The translations under genes were made by a program, and so were the position numbers. 38,871 nt of DNA from the NCBI GenBank assembly GCA_021844355.1, contig JAKBTP010000203.1, positions 1 through 38,871 of the forward strand. Reading direction: 5' to 3'. Shown piece after piece: positions 31,883 to 38,871 of the stretch (position 1 is the first letter of the stretch; every line of letters begins with the position of its first letter). The notes under the pieces are model-generated. The model made no database searches. It was not told where the DNA came from and worked only from the letters and a program-made list of their open reading frames with translations. Source of the stretch: a bacterium (GTDB lineage: Bacteria > Chloroflexota > Dormibacteria > Aeolococcales > Bog-877).

Positions 31883-32504
31883 GCCGAGGGACGACGCGCC
31901 GGGTCCCCGGAGCTGGACCGGGTCCCTCCGCCGGCTGATCGAGCGCGACCTTCCGATCGAGCACCTCCTTCCCGACCGGGAGCCGGCCTATGTCGGGTCC
32001 TGGGTCTACGTCTTCGGTGTGGTGACCATCGCCGCCTTGATCCTCACCATCGCCAGCGGGGTGGTCCTGGCGTTCTTCGGCCCCCAGTGGTGGCACGTCT
32101 CGCCCCAGGGCCTCTTCTTCAACAGCCTGCACTTCTGGAGTGTGCAGATGTTCTTCGTGTTCATGGTCCTTCATCTCTGGGGACAGTACTTCGGCCAAGG
32201 ATGGCGCGACGGGCGCGCCACCACCTGGATGGTGGGGGTGGTGGTCTTCCTGGTGAGCATCGTCACAGCCTTCACCGGCTACCTCTCCCAGCAGAACTTC
32301 GACTCCCAGTGGATCGCCGTGAACGCCAAGGACGCGATCAACGCCACTGGGGCAGGGGCCTTCTTCAACGTCCTCAACTTCGGGCAGATGTATGGGCTCC
32401 ACGTGATGCTGTTCCCCATCCTGATCATCGTCCTGGTCGGGCTCCACGTCGTCCAAGTGCGCCTCCGCGGGGTGGTCAAGCCCCCGTCTGAGGAGCGGCC
32501 ATGA
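31857..32504 (+). CDS. cytochrome b6-like protein (N-terminal four-helix, di-haem domain only)
   Basis: SLHFWSVQMFFVFMVLH (H-x13-H) and GLHVMLFPILIIVLVGLH (H-x14-H). WMVGVVVFLVSIVTAFTGYLSQ matches the cyt b helix C pattern. Ends after helix D. ATG at 31857; GTG at 31872 is an alternative. Confidence 0.85.
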   Translation: MRSATVGAEPRDDAPGPRSWTGSLRRLIERDLPIEHLLPDREPAYVGSWVYVFGVVTIAALILTIASGVVLAFFGPQWWHVSPQGLFFNSLHFWSVQMFFVFMVLHLWGQYFGQGWRDGRATTWMVGVVVFLVSIVTAFTGYLSQQNFDSQWIAVNAKDAINATGAGAFFNVLNFGQMYGLHVMLFPILIIVLVGLHVVQVRLRGVVKPPSEERP

Positions 32505-33520
32505 AGCGACGCCCGATCGACCAGGAGACCTACTACCGGGGGGTGCCCACCGCCCCCTACGACCTGGTGAAGGAGATCGCCCTGGCCCTCGGTGTGCTGC
32601 TGGTGGTGGTGCTGGTGCTCTCCGCCTTCCTCTCCTCCCCGGACGTGCCTCCGGTCACGATCCAGACCTGGACCAAGTCGGCACCATTGGACTTCCTGCA
32701 AACCGCCACCGCGGAGTTGCAGGGGACCACCATAAGCGCCGACTACGGCCCTCCCTACAACCTCGATGCCGACGGGCTCGACCCTTCGGACACGGGTGCC
32801 TCGGTCCAGACCTGGGGCCCCCTGGCTCCCCAGCTGTGGGCGGGGGTTCACCAGCCGATCAACGCCCCTGAGACCGATGTCATAGCCCCGCTCCGACTCG
32901 CCGGTGTCGGCCGCCCCGGTCTCAGTGCGGCGCTGGCCAGCTACCAGGCGGCCGGCCCCAGCCAGGAGCAGGCCTGGCTCACGGCCTACCAGAAGGCCCT
33001 CACAAAGGCCAGCGTGACGGGGCCATTGGTGCGGGTGCCGGCGGGCGCCTATGGGCCCGTGAACGTGATGATGCAGGCCCTGCTGGCGGACGGGCGGGCC
33101 GGGGCGCTGGACTCTCTCCTGCTCCACAGCGGCCGCTTCTACGTCACCGATTACACCAAGCCGCTGCTCTTCCTCGCGGATGGCGGCTACTTCCCGGGTC
33201 TGGCGGAGGCCCAGAAGCTGACCGGCAGCCAATGGGGGATGATGAACGAGACCGGACGCTACCCCGGGCAGGCCTGGCTCTGGCTGTTCACCCTGTGGTA
33301 CCAGATCCCTCCCTACAACTCCGCCCAGAACGCCGACCTCCTAGTGGTCCTGACCATGGGACTGCTCACCACCCTCCTGTTGCTGGTCCCCTTCATCCCC
33401 GGGCTTCGCGACCTGCCCCGCTGGCTGGGGCTCCATCGGCTGGTTTGGCGGGAGCACTATCGGCTGGAGCGTCAGTACCGGCGGCCCGGTGGCGAAGGAG
33501 GCGGCTCAGCGAGCCGTTGA
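32501..33520 (+). CDS. subunit-IV-like membrane protein with extracytoplasmic insertion of about 210 aa
   Basis: ATGA overlap with the cyt b6-like stop. The N-terminus APYDLVKEIALALGVLLVVVLVLSAFL resembles the start of helix E. The C-terminus WLWLFTLWYQIPPYNSAQNADLLVVLTMGLLTTLLLLVPFIPG resembles the PEWY/helix F-G region, but without PEWY. Residues about 46-255 are hydrophilic. Confidence 0.5.
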   Translation: MKRRPIDQETYYRGVPTAPYDLVKEIALALGVLLVVVLVLSAFLSSPDVPPVTIQTWTKSAPLDFLQTATAELQGTTISADYGPPYNLDADGLDPSDTGASVQTWGPLAPQLWAGVHQPINAPETDVIAPLRLAGVGRPGLSAALASYQAAGPSQEQAWLTAYQKALTKASVTGPLVRVPAGAYGPVNVMMQALLADGRAGALDSLLLHSGRFYVTDYTKPLLFLADGGYFPGLAEAQKLTGSQWGMMNETGRYPGQAWLWLFTLWYQIPPYNSAQNADLLVVLTMGLLTTLLLLVPFIPGLRDLPRWLGLHRLVWREHYRLERQYRRPGGEGGGSASR

Positions 33521-33570
33521 TATACTCGCCCCGAGCTGGGGCTTGAGACCGCTGGGCCGCGAGGTGGGAA

Positions 33571-34974
33571 TTGTCGGATCGCTCTGGGCCGTGCGTCGTG
33601 ATACTGGCCGCCGGTCGCGGTACCCGGATGGTGTCCTCGCGGACCAAGGCGCTGCACACGGTGGGGGGGGTGCCGATGATCGAGCACCTGCTGCGTGCCG
33701 CCTCGGGGCTCTCGCCCGCGACACCGCTGGTGGTCACCGCACCGGATCAGGCCGAGTTGGACGAGTACCTCAGCGGGCGGGCCGAGGTGGTCCACCAGTC
33801 AGAGCCCAAGGGCAGCGGTGACGCCCTGCTGGCCGCCCGGCCCCACCTCGAGGGGGAGGGCTCCTTCGTAGTCCTCCCTGTCGACATGCCCCTGCTCACC
33901 GCCGAGACCCTGCGCCGACTCTGGGAAGCGAGGTCGGCAGCCGGTGACCAGGGGGTGCTCCTCACCTGCTTCACCGAGACGCCTCAGGGATACGGGCAGG
34001 TGCGGCGGGGACCCGGGGGCGAACTGGCGGAGATCGTGGAGTGGGCCGACCGGCCCATGTCGGAGTCGAGGGTGGAGGTCAGCTGCGGTGTGTACGTGTT
34101 CCCCCAGCCCGGGGTCTGGTCGGCCCTGGCCCAGGTCAACTCGGACAACTCCCAGGGGGAGAGGTACCTCAGCTGGGCCCCCGGGCTGCTTCCCGGCGGC
34201 TGCCTGACGGTGGAGCTGGAGGACCCCTCCGAGATGCTCCAGGTGAACGACCGGCTGCAGCTGGCGGACGCTGAACGGGCGATGCGCGAGCGGATTCTGA
34301 GGCGCCTGATGGCGAATGGGGTGACGATCAGGGACCCCTGGTCCACCTGGGTCGACTGCGATGTGGAGGTGGGCCAGGACACAGTCCTGGAGCCCGCCAC
34401 CGTCCTGCGTGGCCGGGTGCGGGTGGGGAGCGACTGCCTGATCGGTCCCTTCGCCGAGTTGACCGACTGCCAGCTGGGGGACGGCTGCCGCGTGGAGCGC
34501 TCCCAACTCCGCCTCTGCCGGCTGCAGGACGGGGTCCAGGTGGGGCCCTTCAACCGCGTCCGTCCGGGCACCGAGCTCAAGGAGGGGAGCCACTTGGGCA
34601 CCTTCACCGAGATCGCGAGAAGCTCGATTGGCCCGGGAAGCCAGGTTCCCCATCTCAGCTACGTCGGGGACGCGGAGCTGGATGCTGACGTCAACATCGG
34701 GGCGGGCAGCATCATCGCCAATTGGGACGGGCTGGCGAAGCACCGAACCGTGGTGGGGGAAGGGGCCAGGATCGGCTCCGACACCGTCCTCGTGGCTCCG
34801 GTGTCCGTGGGCCGACGAGCCTACACGGGAGCCGGATCGGTGATCACCAAGGACGTGCCCGCAGGGGCGCTGGCCGTGTCCCGAGTCGGCCAGCGCAACC
34901 TGGAGGGCTGGGTGGAACGGCATCGCGCCGGCGCTCGCCCGGTGGCCGAGGTCCAGGCCGAGGAGGCCGAGTGA
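33571..34974 (+). CDS. glmU: bifunctional UDP-N-acetylglucosamine pyrophosphorylase / glucosamine-1-phosphate N-acetyltransferase
   Basis: VVILAAGRGTRM, left-handed beta-helix hexapeptide repeats in the C-terminal half, NIGAGSIIANWDG. TTG at 33571; GTG at 33598 is an alternative. Confidence 0.9.
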   Translation: MSDRSGPCVVILAAGRGTRMVSSRTKALHTVGGVPMIEHLLRAASGLSPATPLVVTAPDQAELDEYLSGRAEVVHQSEPKGSGDALLAARPHLEGEGSFVVLPVDMPLLTAETLRRLWEARSAAGDQGVLLTCFTETPQGYGQVRRGPGGELAEIVEWADRPMSESRVEVSCGVYVFPQPGVWSALAQVNSDNSQGERYLSWAPGLLPGGCLTVELEDPSEMLQVNDRLQLADAERAMRERILRRLMANGVTIRDPWSTWVDCDVEVGQDTVLEPATVLRGRVRVGSDCLIGPFAELTDCQLGDGCRVERSQLRLCRLQDGVQVGPFNRVRPGTELKEGSHLGTFTEIARSSIGPGSQVPHLSYVGDAELDADVNIGAGSIIANWDGLAKHRTVVGEGARIGSDTVLVAPVSVGRRAYTGAGSVITKDVPAGALAVSRVGQRNLEGWVERHRAGARPVAEVQAEEAE

Positions 34975-35924
34975 GGGGCGCGGACGGTCCGCTCATGCTG
35001 CTCTCTGGCACCGCCAATCCCGAGCTGGGCCGGAAGATCGCTGAGGACGTGGGAGTTCCGCTGGCTCCCATGGAGATCACCCGATTCGCCGATGGGGAAT
35101 ACGACGTCAAGATCGGCGAGTCGGTCCGGGGCCACGACGTCTTCGTGATCCAGCCCACCTGCCCCCCGGTGAACGAGAACTACATGGAGCTGTTCGTCAC
35201 CCTGGATGCCCTGCGCCGGGCCAGTGCCGCCCGCATCAACGCCGTCCTGCCCTACTACGGCTACCAGCGCAAGGAGAAGAAGACGAGAGCCAGGGACCCC
35301 ATCTCGGCCAAGCTCATGGCCAACTTCCTCCAGGTGGCGGGGGCGGAGCGCATGATCGTCCTGGACCTCCACGCGGAGGCGATCCAGGGCTTCTTCGACA
35401 TCCCGGTCGACGCCCTGACCGCCAGCAAGATCCTGGCCTCCCACATCCGCACCCGGCACGGGCGGCAGCCGCTGGTGATCGTCTCCCCGGACGTGGGGGG
35501 GACGGCGCGAGCCCGGGCCATCGCCAGGCTCTTGGAATGTCCCCTCGCCATCATCGACAAGCGGCGGCCCCGGGACGACGACATCGAGGTGCTGAACGTG
35601 ATCGGAGACGTTCGGGACAGCCGCTGCGTGGTGGTCGACGACCTCATCTCCACCGCCTCCACCCTGGCCGGGGCGGCCACGGCCCTGCGGGCCGGGGGGG
35701 CGGTGTCGGTGGACGTGCTGGCCACCCATGGGGTGTTGAGCAATGGGGCTCTGCGCAAGATCGATGAGGCGGACGTGGACGAGGTGGTGGTCACCGACAG
35801 CATCCCGCTCAGCCCCGAAGGGCAACGCAACCCCAAGGTCTCTCAGGTCTCCGTGGCCCCCCTTATCGCCGAGGCCATCGTGCGGATCCACGAGGGCCGG
35901 AGCGTATCCGCCCTCTTCCGCTGA
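34971..35924 (+). CDS. prs: ribose-phosphate pyrophosphokinase
   Basis: ITRFADGEYDVKIGESVRGHDVFVIQ, VLPYYGYQRKEKK, VVVDDLISTASTL (PRPP loop). GTG at 34971 makes a GTGA overlap with the glmU stop; ATG at 34995 is an alternative. Confidence 0.9.
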   Translation: MRGADGPLMLLSGTANPELGRKIAEDVGVPLAPMEITRFADGEYDVKIGESVRGHDVFVIQPTCPPVNENYMELFVTLDALRRASAARINAVLPYYGYQRKEKKTRARDPISAKLMANFLQVAGAERMIVLDLHAEAIQGFFDIPVDALTASKILASHIRTRHGRQPLVIVSPDVGGTARARAIARLLECPLAIIDKRRPRDDDIEVLNVIGDVRDSRCVVVDDLISTASTLAGAATALRAGGAVSVDVLATHGVLSNGALRKIDEADVDEVVVTDSIPLSPEGQRNPKVSQVSVAPLIAEAIVRIHEGRSVSALFR

Positions 35925-36084
35925 GCCCGGCCAGGGGCGTTCGGAGACGGCTGCTAAACTGCGCCCAGATGGGCCCAGGCTCACCGTCGGACTTAGGACG
36001 AGGCAGCAGCCTGCCCGGGGCCCGTTCCCTCCGAGGGTGGCTGCTGGGCCCGCGCGAGTCAGCTGAATTGGTGAGGGAGCGGGT

Positions 36085-37404
36085 TTGAGCGCCTGGCTCC
36101 TGGTGGTGCTGGTGGTGGCGCTCATCGTGGCCTCCCTGGCCGCCACCGCGGAGACCGCCCTCACCTCGGTGAGCCGGGTCCGGCTGCGGGCGAGGCGAGA
36201 AAAGGGGGATGGGCGGGCGGCCCTCATCGAGCGCCTGCATGCCAACCCGGGTGGCTACCTCTCCACGGTCCTGGTCCTCAACACCGTTGCCCTGGTCCTG
36301 GCCTCGTCGGCGGCCACCCTCCTGGCCCAGGACCACCTGGGAGCCAGCACCGCCTTCTGGGCTTCCCTGGGGCTGGCGGTGGTGGTGCTGCTGGTTTGTG
36401 AGATCGGCCCCAAGGCCTACGCCCTGCAGCACAACGAGGTGGTGGCCAACCTTCTCGCCCCTGCCGTGGCGGGGGCCACCAGGGTGCTCCACCCACTGGT
36501 GGCCGTGCTCACCGCCTCCAGCACCCTCCTGACCAGGATCCTCCCCGGGGAGGGCGGTCGACGCACCCCCTTCCTCACTGAGGAGGAGCTGAAGGCCGTG
36601 GTGGCGGCCAGCACCGACGAAGGGGTGGTGGAGGAGGAGGAGCGGGAGATGATCCAGGGGGTCCTGGAGATGACCGACAAGACGGCCCGCGAGGTGATGG
36701 TGCCCAGGGTCCAGGTGGTGGCCCTGGCAGCCGAGGCCACGCTCGAGGAGGCGGTCGAGCTGATCCTGGACCGCGGCCACAGCCGCATCCCGGTGTACAA
36801 CGAGACCATCGACAACGTGGTGGGAATCCTGTACGCCAAGGACCTGCTCAAGGTTTGGCGCCAGGATCCCCGCATGGAGGTGGCCACCCTGGCCCGCCCG
36901 GCGACCTTCGTCCCGGAGGCCAAGCGGCTGGGGGAGCTGCTCCAGGAGATGCAGCGGGCCAAGGTCCACATGGCTGTGGTGGTCGACGAGTACGGAGGGA
37001 CGGCGGGGGTGGTGACCATCGAGGACCTCCTGGAGGAGATCGTGGGCCCGATCCGGGACGAGTACGACCTCCTCGAGCGAGAGGAGATCCAGGTGATCTC
37101 GCCAACCGAAGCCCTGCTCAGTGGGTCCACCAGCCTGGACGACGTCAACGATGTCCTCCATCTGACCCTCAGCGGGGAGGACTTCGACTCCATCGGCGGC
37201 CTGGTCTATTCCCTCCTGGGGCGGATCCCCGTCGTGGGGGACGAGGTGCGGGCGGAAGGGGGCGTGGTGCTGCGGGTCGAAGGGGTGGAGCGTCAGTCCA
37301 TCACCTCGGTGCGGCTTCTGGTCCACCGTGGCGAGCAGGCCGCTGCCGACGAGGCGGTTGCCGCCCCCCCGGAGGAGCAGGTCACCGGCGGGTCCGGCGG
37401 CTAA
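36085..37404 (+). CDS. CNNM/DUF21-CBS-CorC_HlyC family membrane protein (hemolysin/Mg-Co efflux-like)
   Basis: N-terminal DUF21 TM domain (AAAETALTSVSRVRL), tandem CBS domains (REVMVPRVQVVAL...RIPVY; VHMAVVVDEYGGTAGVVTIEDLLEEIVG), and a CorC_HlyC end. TTG start at 36085. Confidence 0.85.
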   Translation: MSAWLLVVLVVALIVASLAATAETALTSVSRVRLRARREKGDGRAALIERLHANPGGYLSTVLVLNTVALVLASSAATLLAQDHLGASTAFWASLGLAVVVLLVCEIGPKAYALQHNEVVANLLAPAVAGATRVLHPLVAVLTASSTLLTRILPGEGGRRTPFLTEEELKAVVAASTDEGVVEEEEREMIQGVLEMTDKTAREVMVPRVQVVALAAEATLEEAVELILDRGHSRIPVYNETIDNVVGILYAKDLLKVWRQDPRMEVATLARPATFVPEAKRLGELLQEMQRAKVHMAVVVDEYGGTAGVVTIEDLLEEIVGPIRDEYDLLEREEIQVISPTEALLSGSTSLDDVNDVLHLTLSGEDFDSIGGLVYSLLGRIPVVGDEVRAEGGVVLRVEGVERQSITSVRLLVHRGEQAAADEAVAAPPEEQVTGGSGG

Positions 37405-37406
37405 CC

Positions 37407-38165
37407 TTGCCGGCGGCGGTCGCGGACGAGGGCGTGGTGCTCCGGCGCCGCAACTACCAGGAGGCGGATCGGATCCTGGTCATCTTGACCCGCGACCATG
37501 GCAAGGTCAGCTGCCTGGCCCGGGGGGTGAGGCGTCCCCGGGCGCGCAACGCCGCCGGCCTGGACCTTCTGGGGCGGGCCCAGCTGCTGTTGATCCCCGG
37601 CCGCAGCCTTTACGTGCTGGCCCAGGCTCGGCCGGTTGGGGCCGCGGGTCGTGGGGACGACCCGGTCCGGCTGGCGTGTGCCGCCCTCTTCGCCGAGGCC
37701 GCCGATGGGCTTCTGGAGGAGGGTCATCCCGACCCGACCCTCTTCGAGCTGGTCGGAGAGCACGCCGAGCGGCTTCTCGACATTCGTCGGCCTCCTAGGC
37801 CCGAGCTCGTGCTGGCTCTCTTCCGGCTGGCCGCGGAGGTCGGATATCTGCCCGCCCTCGACCGGTGCATGGGCTGCGACAAGCCGCTGGAGAACCGGTC
37901 CGGCAGCTTCGTCCCCGAGCTCGGCGGGGTGGTCCAGCCTCCCTGCCCGGTTCCCGGGGGGGTCAGCTGCGAGGCGGCCACCATCCGGGTCCTGCGTGCG
38001 CTGGCCCGCGGCGACTACGAATTGGGCAGGCGGCTCCGATGGGGTCCGCAGCTGCTGCCCGAGACCGAAGCGGTGCTGGTGGCCCATCTCCGCCACCGCC
38101 TGGATCGCCGGCTCCGGGCGGCAGACGTGCTGGCCCAGCTGGTCGAGGCCGGCGCCGGAGGTTAG
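37407..38165 (+). CDS. recO: DNA repair protein RecO
   Basis: EGVVLRRRNYQEADRILVILTRDHGKVSCLARGVRR (OB-fold N-terminus) and the zinc motif CMGCDKP...C. TTG at 37407; GTG at 37434 is an alternative. Confidence 0.8.
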   Translation: MPAAVADEGVVLRRRNYQEADRILVILTRDHGKVSCLARGVRRPRARNAAGLDLLGRAQLLLIPGRSLYVLAQARPVGAAGRGDDPVRLACAALFAEAADGLLEEGHPDPTLFELVGEHAERLLDIRRPPRPELVLALFRLAAEVGYLPALDRCMGCDKPLENRSGSFVPELGGVVQPPCPVPGGVSCEAATIRVLRALARGDYELGRRLRWGPQLLPETEAVLVAHLRHRLDRRLRAADVLAQLVEAGAGG

Positions 38166-38184
38166 GGCCCCCGCGCCGCTGGGA

Positions 38185-38871
38185 TCAGCCCGGGCGCCTC
38201 GAGCCGACCAGGAGGTCGGTTCGGTGGTGCCAGCGGTCGTAGAAGCGGCGGAAGTTGATCCGGCTGAGCCGGTCTCGCTCGTCCGGGTCGGAGTCCTCCC
38301 ACCCCCGATGCCGGTGCATCAGGACGGGCAGGTCGGGGATGCGCTGGAGGCGGAGCCCGGCGTTCCGGAGGGCGAAGCTGAAATTGAAGTCCAGCATCCG
38401 GTAGAAGCGGAAGCGCTCGTCGAGGAAGCCCAGCTCGGAGAAGCGGCGCCTCAGGGTGGCGAGGCAGTAGCCGTCGATGGCGTCCACCTCCACCTCCTGG
38501 GAGTCGTAGAACTCGCGCAGGTCGGTGCTCCGAGCGCCCCACCGGCCCACCGCCCCGACGTGAGGATCACTGAGGGCGGCCAGGACCGGCCCGAAGCAGT
38601 CGCCGACCGCCTCCACGCCGGTGTCCAGCATGAGGATGACCCGGCCGCGAGCGGCCCTGACGGTGAGGTTCCGGGCTGCCCCCTCGCCCAGCTGGTGGTC
38701 TGCGTGGAAGCAGCGCAGCCGGGGCTCCAACTCGCCCAGCTTGGAGAGCAGGACGGAAACCTCGGGCCCGGCGTCGTTGTCCACGACCAGGTACTCCACA
38801 TCGTGGCCCGAGGTGTTCCGCCTGAGGCTCGCAAGGCACCGCTCCAGGTCCCCGGGATAGGGGCCGGCCAC
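38185..38871 (-). CDS. family 2 glycosyltransferase-like protein (5' end probably outside window)
   Basis: CLASLRRNTSGHDVEYLVVDNDAGPEV and ILMLDTGVEA (DxD-like) fit a GT-A fold N-terminal half. The frame is open to the window edge. Confidence 0.6.
   Translation of the reverse strand: MAGPYPGDLERCLASLRRNTSGHDVEYLVVDNDAGPEVSVLLSKLGELEPRLRCFHADHQLGEGAARNLTVRAARGRVILMLDTGVEAVGDCFGPVLAALSDPHVGAVGRWGARSTDLREFYDSQEVEVDAIDGYCLATLRRRFSELGFLDERFRFYRMLDFNFSFALRNAGLRLQRIPDLPVLMHRHRGWEDSDPDERDRLSRINFRRFYDRWHHRTDLLVGSRRPG

Noticed and set aside
1-38871. I looked for CRISPR arrays, tRNA/rRNA genes, transposases or integrases, toxin-antitoxin pairs and known anti-phage defence genes.
   Set aside because: I found no spaced direct repeats, no T-loop/anticodon-arm-like intergenic sequences (all intergenic gaps are 160 nt or shorter), and no recombinase, nuclease or ATPase defence-type domains in any credible ORF. 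The window appears to be core chromosome with a respiratory and redox accessory character.

Overview
This is a very GC-rich window (I estimate about 70% by eye, not computed) that is almost entirely coding. I call 44 CDS. I saw no rRNA, tRNA, CRISPR array, transposase, integrase or other mobile-element signature. The gene content suggests an actinobacterium-like, Gram-positive-type lineage: LCP, MurT/GatD, a MarP-like CvpA-protease fusion, a ClgR-like HTH next to clpP, an F420-type PPOX and a DosS-like GAF-GAF kinase. Housekeeping genes include fabI, rpiA, ppk, murT-gatD, ispE, rpsT, holA, clpP, nth, glmU-prs and recO. They frame a central region (about 14.4-33.5 kb) rich in non-canonical membrane redox genes.

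(1) The best candidate for a new system is a tightly coupled six-gene operon at 14455-19506. A Tat-Rieske protein and a fused cytochrome b6/subunit IV sit between two paralogous proteins that resemble cytochrome bd subunit I. They appear to lack a long Q-loop. The operon has no c-type cytochrome and no CydB.

(2) A DosS/DosR-like two-component pair is divergent from an operon encoding a NapH-like membrane polyferredoxin, a ferredoxin-GltD fusion flavoprotein and an orphan PAS kinase. A perfect 17-bp inverted repeat lies in the shared control region.

(3) A second cytochrome b6-like protein has no Rieske partner. It is paired with a subunit-IV-like protein carrying an extracytoplasmic insertion of about 210 aa.

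(4) An amicyanin-like cupredoxin lipoprotein is present.

Separately, an XRE/ClgR-like regulator is co-transcribed with a ClpP paralogue that has lost all three catalytic residues, divergent from an intact clpP.

All family assignments come from reading motifs in the supplied translations and comparing them with sequences I remember. No search was run. Start codons are often ambiguous because the ORF track counts GTG/TTG starts as M.
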